A DNA stretch of 64,000 bases from an uncultured Ruminococcus sp. (GTDB lineage: Bacteria; Bacillota; Clostridia; Oscillospirales; CAG-272): the NCBI GenBank assembly GCA_964430105.1, contig CAYSEF010000001.1:16170-80169 (forward strand). The letters run 5' to 3'. Of the stretch, positions 28,985 through 39,594 are shown in pieces. A program made the position numbers and the translations under genes. The number at the start of each line of letters is the position of its first letter. Within the stretch, counting starts at the first letter, position 1. Under the pieces are notes generated by a model. That model was given only the letters and a program-made list of their open reading frames with translations. It ran no database searches and was not told where the DNA came from.

Positions 28985-29707
28985 ATGGAAAATATTAATA
29001 GTCAAAAACCGATGTATCAGCTCGAGGAAAGAATCGGCTATACATTCAAAAACAAGGGAATATTGACAGAAGCACTTACACATTCGTCGTATTCAAACGA
29101 AATGAAGTCAAAGGGCGAAAAGGTAATGTTCAACGAGAGACTCGAATTTCTCGGTGACTCTGTGCTTTCTATCGTGGTAAGCTCATTTATCTTTGAAAAA
29201 TATCGCAATAAACAAGAGGGCGACCTCACCAAGATACGCGCGGCTGTCGTATGTGAAAAAGCACTGTCAAAATACGCCGCCGAAATCGAATTGGGTGAGT
29301 ATATGTTCCTCGGACATGGCGAGATAATGAACAATGGCAGACATAGACCGTCGATAACTGCTGATGCGTTTGAAGCACTTCTTGCAGCCATTTATCTCGA
29401 TACAAATGAAACCTTTGAAACTGTAGAAAAATTCCTCCTCCCGTTCATTGAGAAAGAAATCGAATTTATCTCCGAAACAGGAGTGTTTATCGACTATAAA
29501 ACCGCACTTCAGCAGATCGTTCAGCAGGCGAGTGGTGAGATTCTCGAGTATGTACTGGTTGGAGAAACAGGTCCCGATCATAATAAACAGTTTATGGTCG
29601 AAGCACATCTGAACAGTAATGTGATTGGTAAGGGTTGTGCAAAGACTAAGCGTGCAGCAGAACAACAGGCGGCTCATGAAGCGCTGATACTCTTTGGAGA
29701 GGGTTAA
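28985..29707 (+). CDS. rnc: ribonuclease III
   Basis: Signature ERLEFLGDSVL. C-terminal dsRBD with AEQQAAHEAL. Confidence 0.92.
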   Translation: MENINSQKPMYQLEERIGYTFKNKGILTEALTHSSYSNEMKSKGEKVMFNERLEFLGDSVLSIVVSSFIFEKYRNKQEGDLTKIRAAVVCEKALSKYAAEIELGEYMFLGHGEIMNNGRHRPSITADAFEALLAAIYLDTNETFETVEKFLLPFIEKEIEFISETGVFIDYKTALQQIVQQASGEILEYVLVGETGPDHNKQFMVEAHLNSNVIGKGCAKTKRAAEQQAAHEALILFGEG

Positions 29708-29708
29708 G

Positions 29709-30731
29709 TTGAAAACAGCTCACGTTAATATACCGGTGTTTATCCCGCACCTCGGATGTCCGAATATGTGTGTGTTCTGTAATCAGCGCGCAATTTCGGG
29801 CGTCTGTTCTTTTATTCCGGAACTGGCACAGAACACGATAGAAACTGTCCTTTCTACCGTTGAAGGTAGTGATAAAACTTGTGAAATAGCTTTTTTTGGC
29901 GGATCATTCACCGGAATCGATAGAGAATTGATGATATCACTGCTTGAGCTTGCAGAATCGTATGTAAAATCCGGCAAAGTTTCCGGTATCAGAATGTCTA
30001 CAAGACCCGACTATATCAATGACGAGATAATAGAAATTTTGCATCGCTATACTATTTCAGCAGTTGAACTTGGAATTCAGTCATTTGATGATAAGGTTCT
30101 GACCTGCTCGAAACGTGGACATAAAGCGGAGCAATCGAGAATTGCTATGACTAAGCTGAAAAACGCAGGCTTTACTACTGTAGGACAGATGATGATAGGA
30201 TTGCCCGGCGCTACTATCGAAACTGAAATAGAATGTGCGGAAAAAATAGTTGAACTTGGCGCATCTGCCACAAGAATATATCCAACAGTGGTTTTTCGCG
30301 ATACAGAACTTTGCGATATGACACAGCGTGGTGAATATGTTCCGCTCACACTTGATGAAGCCGTTCGGAGAAGTGCAGCCGTACTCGATGTTTTCGAGCG
30401 AAATAATGTAACAACATTGCGTATCGGATTGTGCGAAAGTGAAAATCTTCATGGTGAAGAAACCTATTTTGCAGGCCCTAATCATCCTTCGCTTGGCGAA
30501 ATGGTTTACAGCGAGCTTTACTATAATCGAATAGTTGAAAAACTTGCCGAAATGCCCGATGTAAGTGGTAAAAATCTTATTGTCGAGGTATCAAACGGCG
30601 AGATATCAAAAGCAGTTGGGCAAAAAAAGCGTAATAAAGAAAGAATTCAGACAAATTTTCACATTCATAACATAAAATTCATTGAAAACAAAAGCCTTAA
30701 GCGGTATAATATAGTGTTATCATTTTTATAA
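29709..30731 (+). CDS. radical SAM protein (ELP3/MiaB/NifB-like, conserved between rnc and smc in Clostridia)
   Basis: CPNMCVFCNQ (CxxxCxxC) near the N-terminus. Start set at TTG 29709, 6 nt after GGAGAGGG; the track start at TTG 29694 is an alternative. Confidence 0.8.
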   Translation: MKTAHVNIPVFIPHLGCPNMCVFCNQRAISGVCSFIPELAQNTIETVLSTVEGSDKTCEIAFFGGSFTGIDRELMISLLELAESYVKSGKVSGIRMSTRPDYINDEIIEILHRYTISAVELGIQSFDDKVLTCSKRGHKAEQSRIAMTKLKNAGFTTVGQMMIGLPGATIETEIECAEKIVELGASATRIYPTVVFRDTELCDMTQRGEYVPLTLDEAVRRSAAVLDVFERNNVTTLRIGLCESENLHGEETYFAGPNHPSLGEMVYSELYYNRIVEKLAEMPDVSGKNLIVEVSNGEISKAVGQKKRNKERIQTNFHIHNIKFIENKSLKRYNIVLSFL

Positions 30732-30793
30732 TCGGAAATTTATGCAGTCTATAAAAAAACACATGGAGCAAACGGAAAGGAGAAATTGATGCT

Positions 30794-33700
30794 ATGTATT
30801 TGAAATCACTTGAGCTTCACGGCTTCAAATCCTTTCCTGACCGAAAAATATTAAAATTTAATCACGGTACTACGATAATTGTCGGTCCAAACGGAAGCGG
30901 TAAGTCCAATATTACAGATGCAATGCGGTGGGTACTTGGTGAACTTTCGTCAAAGAACATACGCGGAAGCAAAATGGAAGATGTTATTTTTGCAGGTGCG
31001 GATGATAGAAAACCAATGAGCTTTGCAGAGGTATCCGTTACTTTTGATGATAGTGAAGAACCGAGAGTGCTGAACTCGGAGTACGACGAAGTTACTGTAA
31101 CAAGAAGATATTATCGAAGCGGTGACAGCGAATATTTTATTAACCGAAAAAAATGTCGCCTTAAAGATATTTATGAACTTTTTATGAATACAGGTATCGG
31201 TCGTGAAGGCTACTCTATTATTGGACAGGGTAGAATTGCGGAGATAATTTCAAAAAAGAGCGAAGAACGACGTGGTGTATTCGAGGAAAGTGCCGGTATA
31301 TCAAAATTCCGCTACAAAAAGACAGAATCAGAGAAAAAGCTTGCGCAGACTGAAGCCAATATGGAACGTGTCGCTGATATCGAACATGAATTGGCAAATC
31401 GCGTGGGACCTCTCGAAAAAGATGCCGAAAAAGCCAGAAAATACCTTGAACTCTATGGCGAAAAAAAGCGTACTGATGTTTCTCTTTGGTTGTATGATTC
31501 AGTTCGCCTGAAAACAGCTATAGAGAAGGCTGAAAACGATACAAAGCTTTCCAAACTCGAGCTTGAAATGGCAGAGGACTCTATTAAGGTAACATCAGCA
31601 CAAATAGAACGCCTGTATGAGCAGTCACATAGCAATAAGGAAGCTTCACGCCGAAATTACGACGAAACTACCGCCGCAACAAAACAGATGAACGAAGCGG
31701 AATCAGAAAGCAGACTTCTTGTAAAAGAACGTATTCACGCTGAGAACGATCTCGGAACAGAGAAAAAACTTGCCGAAAATGCAGAAACTATTGCGAAACA
31801 GGAAACCGAACGTCTTGAAGCGGTCGAAAAGCGTCTGAAAGATATCACCGAAAGCTATGATAAAGAAAAAGTGGCATTCGATGAGTATTCTGCAAATATG
31901 CAGATTCTTGATACACGAATAAGTGAGAAAAATAAAGAGCTTGATAGATTGCTTGCTGAAAAAGAATCTGCTGAAAGTATTCTCACCGATCGAAAGGTTC
32001 GTCTGAATGTCCTTGAAAATACAATATCCACACAGAAACAGCGTACAGAATCGATACAGTCTGAAATACAAAAATATAATCTGGAAATCGAAGACTTAAA
32101 TAAAATAGCGTCTAACGCAGAAAAGCAGATTTCCGATTATCGTGCTGTTATCGATGAGATCGACAAAAAAATAGTCGAATCGGAACGCATGGTGGCTGAA
32201 TATAATGAAGAATTTTCTACAGTTGAATTGCGTTCCCGTAAGAAGCAGGCTGAGCTTGATTCACTTGAGAGTCGTATTACAGCTCTCCGCAGAATGCAGG
32301 AACACTTTGACGGCTATAATAATAGTATCAAATATGTAATGAACGAGGCAAAGACAGGACGCTTGACAGGAATTCGCGGTCCTTTGTCATATTTGATAAA
32401 AGTAGAGAATAAGTATATTGTCGCAATAGAAACATCTCTTGGCGGAGCACTTCAAAATATTGTAACAGACGATGAACAGGCTGCAAAACGATCCATAGAA
32501 TCGTTGAAGCGCAGTAATGCAGGCAGAGCTACATTTTATCCTCTTACAACGATACGTGCCCAGGAAAGAGGACGTGATTATGACGGACTTGAAAAGAGTA
32601 CAGGCTTTGTTGGATGGGCAGATGAGCTTGTTTCCTGCGATTACGAATACAGAACGATTATAAAATCGCTTCTCGGAAGAGTCGTTGTGTATGATACCCT
32701 TGACCATGCAACAGATGCGGCACGTTCTAAGGGATGGCGCATAAGAGCTGTAACACTTGACGGTCAGCAGATTAACTCAGGCGGTTCATTCACCGGTGGT
32801 CAGCAAAAACGTGATAGTGGTATGCTTTCGCGTTCATTGCAGATTGAAAATATGCGTGCCGAACGTGATAAGACTGCTACAGAGCTTGAAGAAATACGTG
32901 CAGAATCTAAAAAAATTCGTGATAAGATAGCTACGGTTTCGTCCGCTTCAAGAAGTGAAGGCGAGAGAAGAAGTCTTATCGAGGCACTTATAAATGCTGA
33001 AAATAAAAATTATAGTGATGCCGATGGAAGACGACGTGCGCTTAAAGAGCTTGTAGAAAATATGCTTACTGACAGTAAATCACTCGACGAAAGTAATAGA
33101 AATTCGAGTGAAGATCTTACAAGAATGAAAGCAAGCATTGATGAGCAAGCAAAAAAAATATCCGAGATAACGAAAAAGCGTGAAGAAATTGCCATAGTAA
33201 GAGGCGAAGATGAACTGAAAGCTGCCGAACTGGCTGAAAAATCAAATGACATTCGTATCCGCTTGGCAGAGCTTACAAGGGATAAGGAAGCGGCTGAAAT
33301 AACTCGACATGACACAAACGAGCGTCGTAATACATATCTCGCCGAGCAACTGAGTCATCAGCGTACTATCGATGAGCTGGCTGAAAAAATCAGCGTATTG
33401 ACAGAATCAGCAGACGTAAAAACAAAGGAAGCTGAAGAATTACGCTCAAAGATACAGTCGCTGACAAGTAATCAAAAAATGCTTGAAGAGGCAGGCGACG
33501 AAATCGATATACAGATAACAACCTTGCGTCAAACAGAGAAAGAACAGACCTCTAAGAAGGATATCCTGTTTGTTGCTCATTCAAAAAATGAGACAAAGCT
33601 ACAGAATCTGCAAAACGATGATCAGAAGCTCACAGCACGAATGTGGGAGGACTACGAGCTTACATATGCAACCGCAGTAAGATTTGCCGAGGAAAACGGA

Positions 33701-34393
33701 TGCCGTAATATAGAAGATGGCGAGAGAACATCTTTTGTGGCAAAGCAAGCGGAACTCAAAAATAAGATACGTGCACTTGGCCATGTAAATGTTGAGGCTA
33801 TCGAAGAATATAATGAGGTCAAAACAAGATACGAGTACATAACAACACAGCTTGGTGACCTTAGAGCCTCACGAGAGGATCTGCTTGGAATTCTTGCCGG
33901 TATTGAGGAAGATATGAATAAAATGTTCCTTGATGCATTCGGAAAGATCAATACATATTTTGGTGAAGTGTTCCGAGAACTGTTCGGAGGTGGTCATGCT
34001 GAGGTAATTCTCACTGATCCTGATAACGCACTCGAATCAGGAATTGAGATAAACGCTGCTCCTCCCGGAAAAACGATCAAAAATTTGAACCTTCTCTCCG
34101 GCGGTGAACAGTCTATTATTGCAATAGCATTGCTTTTTGCACTTATTCGTGTAAATCCGTCACCTTTCTGTATTTTTGACGAAATAGAAGCTGCACTTGA
34201 TGAAGTAAATGTCACACGTGTAGCGAGATATATCAGAAAATATTCTAAAGAAATGCAGATCATTATGATCACACATAGACAGGGAACTATGGAAATAGCA
34301 GATACACTCTATGGCGTTACAATGCAGCAGAGTGGCGTTTCTAAGGTGTTCACCTATGGCGTTGGTGATGATAAAGAGGCACTTCTTAAATAA
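30794..34393 (+). CDS. smc: chromosome segregation protein SMC
   Basis: Walker A GPNGSGKSN, long coiled coils, hinge region, signature LSGGEQS, Walker B FCIFDEIEAALD. 1199 aa. Confidence 0.95.
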   Translation: MYLKSLELHGFKSFPDRKILKFNHGTTIIVGPNGSGKSNITDAMRWVLGELSSKNIRGSKMEDVIFAGADDRKPMSFAEVSVTFDDSEEPRVLNSEYDEVTVTRRYYRSGDSEYFINRKKCRLKDIYELFMNTGIGREGYSIIGQGRIAEIISKKSEERRGVFEESAGISKFRYKKTESEKKLAQTEANMERVADIEHELANRVGPLEKDAEKARKYLELYGEKKRTDVSLWLYDSVRLKTAIEKAENDTKLSKLELEMAEDSIKVTSAQIERLYEQSHSNKEASRRNYDETTAATKQMNEAESESRLLVKERIHAENDLGTEKKLAENAETIAKQETERLEAVEKRLKDITESYDKEKVAFDEYSANMQILDTRISEKNKELDRLLAEKESAESILTDRKVRLNVLENTISTQKQRTESIQSEIQKYNLEIEDLNKIASNAEKQISDYRAVIDEIDKKIVESERMVAEYNEEFSTVELRSRKKQAELDSLESRITALRRMQEHFDGYNNSIKYVMNEAKTGRLTGIRGPLSYLIKVENKYIVAIETSLGGALQNIVTDDEQAAKRSIESLKRSNAGRATFYPLTTIRAQERGRDYDGLEKSTGFVGWADELVSCDYEYRTIIKSLLGRVVVYDTLDHATDAARSKGWRIRAVTLDGQQINSGGSFTGGQQKRDSGMLSRSLQIENMRAERDKTATELEEIRAESKKIRDKIATVSSASRSEGERRSLIEALINAENKNYSDADGRRRALKELVENMLTDSKSLDESNRNSSEDLTRMKASIDEQAKKISEITKKREEIAIVRGEDELKAAELAEKSNDIRIRLAELTRDKEAAEITRHDTNERRNTYLAEQLSHQRTIDELAEKISVLTESADVKTKEAEELRSKIQSLTSNQKMLEEAGDEIDIQITTLRQTEKEQTSKKDILFVAHSKNETKLQNLQNDDQKLTARMWEDYELTYATAVRFAEENGCRNIEDGERTSFVAKQAELKNKIRALGHVNVEAIEEYNEVKTRYEYITTQLGDLRASREDLLGILAGIEEDMNKMFLDAFGKINTYFGEVFRELFGGGHAEVILTDPDNALESGIEINAAPPGKTIKNLNLLSGGEQSIIAIALLFALIRVNPSPFCIFDEIEAALDEVNVTRVARYIRKYSKEMQIIMITHRQGTMEIADTLYGVTMQQSGVSKVFTYGVGDDKEALLK

Positions 34394-34422
34394 AAAGACA
34401 TAAAATTATTTGAGGTAATATA

Positions 34423-35385
34423 ATGGGATTTTTAGATAAACTTAAAGCCGGATTGGCTAAGACAAAGGATGCAGTTTTCGGTCAGGTAAACGAAGTTGTA
34501 AAAAATTTCCGTAAGGTCGATGAAGAACTTCTCGAAGAACTTGAGGAGATAATGATTATGGCTGATATGGGCATGACAACTACCGAAAAAATCATAGAAG
34601 AACTGCGTGATAGAATCAAAACTAAAAATATCAAAAACGCTGATGACGTAAAGACTGCACTTGGAGAGATACTGGTAAATCAGGTTGGAGAGGGTGAAGA
34701 GCTCAATCTTTCCACTACACCGTCTGTTATTCTTGTAATAGGCGTAAATGGCGTTGGTAAAACTACATCTATCGGAAAAATAGCTTATAACCTCAAAAAT
34801 CAGGGTAAGAAGGTTGTGGTAGCGGCAGCAGATACATTCCGTGCAGCAGCTATTGAACAGCTTGCAATATGGTGTGATAGAGCAGGTGTAGAGCTTGTAA
34901 GACAAAATGAAGGTTCTGATCCGGCTTCAGTAGTGTTTGATGCAATCGCTGCCGCAAATAAGCGTAAAGCAGATGTTCTTATCATAGATACAGCAGGTAG
35001 ACTCCATAATAAGAGTAACCTTATGGACGAGCTGGCAAAGATAAATAGAATCATAGGTCGTGAACTTCCTAATGCAGCACGAGAAACATTGCTTGTCCTC
35101 GACTCTACTACAGGTCAGAATGCTGTAATGCAGGCGAAAAAATTCAAGGAAGCTGCCGATATCACCGGTCTTATCCTCACTAAGCTTGACGGTACTGCAA
35201 AGGGTGGTGCAGTTTTCTCAATTAAAGAAGAAATCGATCTCCCTGTAAAATTCATCGGAGTAGGCGAACAGATTGACGATATGCAGCCGTTTGATTCTAA
35301 AATGTTCGTAGAGGCACTCATGGTTGAAGACGAAAAAGATGAAAATAATACCGACAGTAACGATGATTCGGAGGTTGAAGAATGA
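34423..35385 (+). CDS. ftsY: signal recognition particle receptor FtsY
   Basis: NG domain motifs GVNGVGKTT, DTAGR and TKLDGTAKGG. Acidic C-terminal tail. Confidence 0.92.
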   Translation: MGFLDKLKAGLAKTKDAVFGQVNEVVKNFRKVDEELLEELEEIMIMADMGMTTTEKIIEELRDRIKTKNIKNADDVKTALGEILVNQVGEGEELNLSTTPSVILVIGVNGVGKTTSIGKIAYNLKNQGKKVVVAAADTFRAAAIEQLAIWCDRAGVELVRQNEGSDPASVVFDAIAAANKRKADVLIIDTAGRLHNKSNLMDELAKINRIIGRELPNAARETLLVLDSTTGQNAVMQAKKFKEAADITGLILTKLDGTAKGGAVFSIKEEIDLPVKFIGVGEQIDDMQPFDSKMFVEALMVEDEKDENNTDSNDDSEVEE

Positions 35386-36062
35386 TAAATATCGTTCTTG
35401 CATCGAATAATAAGAAAAAAATAGCAGAACTTGAAACTTTATTCGCTACTGTAACGTCTAATAACGTAAAGCTTCTCTCTCTCAGAGATATCGACTTTAC
35501 CGACGAAATCGTAGAAGACGGAGAATCCTTTGAAGAAAATTCTATCATTAAGGCAAATACTCCTGCAAAGCTTGGTTATATCGGTATTGCTGACGATTCA
35601 GGACTTGCAGTAGATTATTTGAATGGTGCGCCCGGAATATTTTCAGCAAGATATTCAGGTGATGGAGCAACTGATGAGTCAAACAGAGAAAAGCTTCTTT
35701 GCGAACTTGCCGGAGTACCTGCCGAAAAGCGTACTGCAAAATTCGTATGTACAGCTTCTGTAGTATTTCCGGAAAATTCACCGTATATCGTACCCGAAGA
35801 ATGGCGTGTTTCAAAAGAGCTTGCCGAAAAACGTGGATTGAACCCTGAAAAAGTTATGGTCGTGCGCGGTGAATGTCATGGATTTATATTGACGGAAGAA
35901 CACGGAAATGGTGGCTTTGGCTACGATCCACTGTTTTATTATCCGGATTTTGGTAAGACATTTGCAGAAAGCACAGCAGAACAGAAAAATTCAGTATCAC
36001 ACAGAGGCATAGCAATGCGTGAATTTACTGAACGACTTAGCGTAATACTAAGCCAAAAATAA
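35382..36062 (+). CDS. rdgB: non-canonical purine NTP pyrophosphatase (RdgB/HAM1 family)
   Basis: IVLASNNKKKIAEL...DSGLAVDYLNGAPGIFSARY...GFGYDPLF...SHRG. Confidence 0.88.
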   Translation: MINIVLASNNKKKIAELETLFATVTSNNVKLLSLRDIDFTDEIVEDGESFEENSIIKANTPAKLGYIGIADDSGLAVDYLNGAPGIFSARYSGDGATDESNREKLLCELAGVPAEKRTAKFVCTASVVFPENSPYIVPEEWRVSKELAEKRGLNPEKVMVVRGECHGFILTEEHGNGGFGYDPLFYYPDFGKTFAESTAEQKNSVSHRGIAMREFTERLSVILSQK

Positions 36063-36113
36063 TTAGACATTTATCATTTGAAATCATAACATACAGAAAA
36101 ATGGAGTTAAATT

Positions 36114-36413
36114 ATGTTGACAAGTAAACAAAGAGCAATACTTAAATCCGAAGCTTCAAAAATGGATGCAATTTTTCAGATAGGAAAGGGCGATGTTGGT
36201 GATGCAGCGGTAAAATCTATCGGAGATGCACTTGAAGCGAGAGAACTTGTAAAGATCAGCGTTCTTCAGAATTCAGATGCTGATGCAAGAGCTGCGGCAG
36301 AAGAAATCGCAAGCCGTACCGGTTCAGAGGTTGTAGCTGTAATCGGACGTAAAATTATACTCTTTAAGGTGTCGGAAAAACCTGAAAAGAGAAAGATATC
36401 CGAACTTATCTGA
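36114..36413 (+). CDS. yhbY: YhbY/CRS1 family RNA-binding protein
   Basis: 99 aa, LTSKQRAILKSEASKMDAIFQIGKGDV...ELVKISVL. Confidence 0.85.
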   Translation: MLTSKQRAILKSEASKMDAIFQIGKGDVGDAAVKSIGDALEARELVKISVLQNSDADARAAAEEIASRTGSEVVAVIGRKIILFKVSEKPEKRKISELI

Positions 36414-36414
36414 C

Positions 36415-37035
36415 ATGGACGATAATATTAAAAAAAACGAAAAAATCGTGCTGTTTGGCGGAACCTTTGCCCCACCGCATCTTGGTCATGTTCATGCAGT
36501 TGAAACTGTATTGAATGAACTTGATTTTGATAGACTTATAATCATGCCAACAGCCATTCCACCGCATAAAATAAAGGCCGGAGGAGACACACCAAAGGTT
36601 CGCCTTGAAATGTGTAAATCGGCATTTGGAAACTTACCCAAGACTGAGATTTCGTCTTATGAAATCGAAAAGGGTGGAGTGAGTTATACTGTAAATACTC
36701 TCGAATATCTTCGCACAAATGATAATCATATATATCTCCTCTGCGGAAGCGATATGTTTTTGACACTTGATACATGGTTTCAAGCAGAACGCATATTTAA
36801 GCTGGCATCAATCGTGTGTGTTCCGAGATATGACGAAAGCTTCGATAAATTGATGGAAAAAAAGAAATCGTATGAGAAGCTTTTCTCAGCGGATATTGAA
36901 ATCATCGGAGCAGATCCATTCGTTGCATCATCTACAGAGATACGAGAGAGAATAGAAAGTCGTGCAGACCTCACAGGACTTCTGCCTGATGGAGTTATAG
37001 AAATCATAAACCGCGAAAAATTATACATGAAGTGA
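36415..37035 (+). CDS. nadD: nicotinate-nucleotide adenylyltransferase
   Basis: GGTFAPPHLGHVH (GxFxPxHxGH) and a C-terminal SSTEIRERI motif. Confidence 0.9.
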   Translation: MDDNIKKNEKIVLFGGTFAPPHLGHVHAVETVLNELDFDRLIIMPTAIPPHKIKAGGDTPKVRLEMCKSAFGNLPKTEISSYEIEKGGVSYTVNTLEYLRTNDNHIYLLCGSDMFLTLDTWFQAERIFKLASIVCVPRYDESFDKLMEKKKSYEKLFSADIEIIGADPFVASSTEIRERIESRADLTGLLPDGVIEIINREKLYMK

Positions 37036-37039
37036 GTGA

Positions 37040-37696
37040 ATGAGAATGTCAGAAATTAAAAAAATCGAACTCACAGAAAAGGATATCAAAAAACTTGCAG
37101 AAAAAGTTCAGCCGTATTATACCTCAAAGCGATATGAACATACCTTAGCAGTTGCAAAAGAAGCAAGAAAATTGGGAGAAATATATCTTCCGAATGAAAT
37201 ATGCCGTTTGGAAGCTTCCGCATTACTGCATGACATTACTAAAAAAGCAGACTTAAAAAAACAGTTGCAATATTGTCTGGAATTTGGTATAATGGTAAAT
37301 ATCGACGATAAGCTCTCGCCATCCACATTTCATGCGAAAACAGCGGCAGTTTTGGCTGAGAGAGATTTTCGCGATTATATCGACAGCGAGATCATCAACG
37401 GAATCCGTTGGCATACGACGGGCAGAGATGGAATGACAGTGTTTGAATCTATCATTTTTCTTGCCGATTATATCGAAGAAACGCGCGATTTTGATGATTG
37501 TGTTAAAGTCCGCAGGTATTTTTATGATAGAATTTCAAGTGGAGAAGAACCGAAATCAGTGCTTGACTCTACAATGATCTATGCTTTTGATCTTACGATT
37601 GAGCTTCTTCTGAAGGACGGCGCGATAATTGATAAAGACACTATATGTGCAAGAAATTATTTTATCGCGAAAAAACATAGCAAAACACAACAGTAA
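37040..37696 (+). CDS. yqeK: HD-domain protein YqeK (bis(5'-nucleosyl)-tetraphosphatase family)
   Basis: RYEHTLAV...LLHDITK HD motifs. Conserved position after nadD. Confidence 0.85.
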   Translation: MRMSEIKKIELTEKDIKKLAEKVQPYYTSKRYEHTLAVAKEARKLGEIYLPNEICRLEASALLHDITKKADLKKQLQYCLEFGIMVNIDDKLSPSTFHAKTAAVLAERDFRDYIDSEIINGIRWHTTGRDGMTVFESIIFLADYIEETRDFDDCVKVRRYFYDRISSGEEPKSVLDSTMIYAFDLTIELLLKDGAIIDKDTICARNYFIAKKHSKTQQ

Positions 37697-37716
37697 CCAA
37701 GAAAGGTTATATAAAA

Positions 37717-39033
37717 ATGCAGAAAAACAGAAACGATGAAGAAGATGTTTCCATGTATTACCCTGATGGCGACGCCGCTAATATGGAAAGAGATGACCAC
37801 GACGACGCATTTATAAATCAGAATATCAAGAAAAAAAACAGGATCAAGAAAAAAAATGCCCGACTTACTAAATCACAAATAAGTCTTATCGCAGTAATAT
37901 TTTTGATCTATACAGCAGTGATTTTTGTGGCAGCGTGGCTTATATTCTATAAACCTGCACAGCCAAGTGTGGATGAAATCCCGTTTGATACAAATCCTGT
38001 GGAAACAGTAGATCCTCTAAAACCACCGCTCGATAATGAAATTCAAGATGAAACTGAAACAAGTGCGGTCGTGAGCGATGATGCATATACAGTTAAAGAA
38101 GGCATTTATAACATTCTTATAATAGGTCATGATGATACCGCACTTCTCGCCGATGTTGTAATGGTGGTGAATTGCGATACTAATACCGGAAAAATTTCCG
38201 TTATGCAGATACCGCGCGATACCCTTGTTACAATAGGACTTATCACAAACAAGAATAACGAAGCATTCTCACATTACTATATGGATGCAAAAGCCGAAAA
38301 GGTCGATGATCCGTATTTTGAAGCTGCTGAAAGATACGCCGAATTGCTTGAGCAGAGCCTTTGTATCAATATTCATCATAAGGTCATCATGAATTTGAAA
38401 GGCTTCCGTAGTATCGTTGATGCGATTGATGGCGTCGATGTTTATGTTCCGTCTGCTATGTATTACAGTGACCCTGAACAGGATCTGTATATCAATATTG
38501 GTGAGGGTTGGCAGCATCTTGACGGATATAATGCCGAAGGCTTTGTAAGATTCCGCGCAGGTTATACACAGGCAGACCTTGGACGAGTTAATGCACAGAA
38601 GATATTCCTCACCGCAATGTTCACTAAGGTTAAAAATATCGTGAAATCTGCTGATGTTTCAGCGATAACTTCACTTGCAGGAGCAGTGTTTAACAGTGTA
38701 TCGACTGACCTTACGATTTCAGATATAATCTATTATGCAAAATTCCTCCCTAATGTAAATCTCGAGGAGATAAATATGATGACTCTTCCCGGGGATGTGG
38801 CAGGAGCATATTATGTAATCAACCGCTCAGCAGCCATTGATGTTATAAACAATTACTTCAATATTTATAACAAGGATATATCCGATTCAATCTTTGATAG
38901 AAATTATACCTTCTGCTTCACGGATTTGCAGTATATCTGCAACGTATACTTTGCCGAAACTAAAACAGGCTATGGAGATGTATATAATGGTGAAAGCATT
39001 GATGATGAATCGATTTATATCCCCAGAACGTAA
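37717..39033 (+). CDS. LytR-CpsA-Psr (LCP) family cell-envelope phosphotransferase
   Basis: Basic cytoplasmic N-terminus, one TM (LIAVIFLIYTAVIFVAAWLIF), and an LCP core with MQIPRDTLV and FVRFRAGY...DLGR. Confidence 0.85.
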   Translation: MQKNRNDEEDVSMYYPDGDAANMERDDHDDAFINQNIKKKNRIKKKNARLTKSQISLIAVIFLIYTAVIFVAAWLIFYKPAQPSVDEIPFDTNPVETVDPLKPPLDNEIQDETETSAVVSDDAYTVKEGIYNILIIGHDDTALLADVVMVVNCDTNTGKISVMQIPRDTLVTIGLITNKNNEAFSHYYMDAKAEKVDDPYFEAAERYAELLEQSLCINIHHKVIMNLKGFRSIVDAIDGVDVYVPSAMYYSDPEQDLYINIGEGWQHLDGYNAEGFVRFRAGYTQADLGRVNAQKIFLTAMFTKVKNIVKSADVSAITSLAGAVFNSVSTDLTISDIIYYAKFLPNVNLEEINMMTLPGDVAGAYYVINRSAAIDVINNYFNIYNKDISDSIFDRNYTFCFTDLQYICNVYFAETKTGYGDVYNGESIDDESIYIPRT

Positions 39034-39083
39034 AATCAAGGCTCAAATTATAATAATTCTTAACTATATTGATGGAGTAAATT

Positions 39084-39500
39084 ATGGACACCGAAATCAC
39101 AAAGCTTCCATTTGAAGAAAATCTTACTAAGGAGCAGCTCAAAGACCCTGAAACTCTTGCAAAATTCATAGTTGCGGTGCTCGACTCCAAGAAAGCACGC
39201 GATATAAAGCTTCTCCATGTCGAAAAACAGACTGTTATAGCAGACTATTTTGTAATCTGTACAGGTAATTCACGCACACAGATTCGTTCTCTTGCAGACG
39301 AAGTTGAATTTAAGCTTTCAAATTATGACGTAAAACCCATTCATATAGAGGGTATAGACTCAGGCGTTTGGGTTCTTGAAGACTTTGGTTCAGTCATTAT
39401 TCATGTCTTCACTGAAGAATCGAGAAACTTCTATAAGCTCGAAAAGCTTTATCAGGATACAACCGAAAGAGATATTTCCGAGCTTGTAACAGAGGACTGA
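39084..39500 (+). CDS. rsfS: ribosome silencing factor RsfS
   Basis: KARDIKLLHVEKQTVIADYFVICTGNSRTQIRSLADEV...WVLEDFGSVIIHVF. Confidence 0.9.
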   Translation: MDTEITKLPFEENLTKEQLKDPETLAKFIVAVLDSKKARDIKLLHVEKQTVIADYFVICTGNSRTQIRSLADEVEFKLSNYDVKPIHIEGIDSGVWVLEDFGSVIIHVFTEESRNFYKLEKLYQDTTERDISELVTED

Positions 39501-39594
39501 GAAATTTCTGTCACGTCAGTTTGAAGTCTTTCAGAAAATCACCTATATTTACGATCAAGAATAATAATTTTTCCATAAACAAAGGACAGCAACA

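Noticed and set aside
39501-39594. T-box leader upstream of leuS
   Set aside because: Only ~95 nt separate rsfS from leuS. There is no specifier or antiterminator architecture and no T-box sequence (AANNNGGUGGNACCGCG-like).
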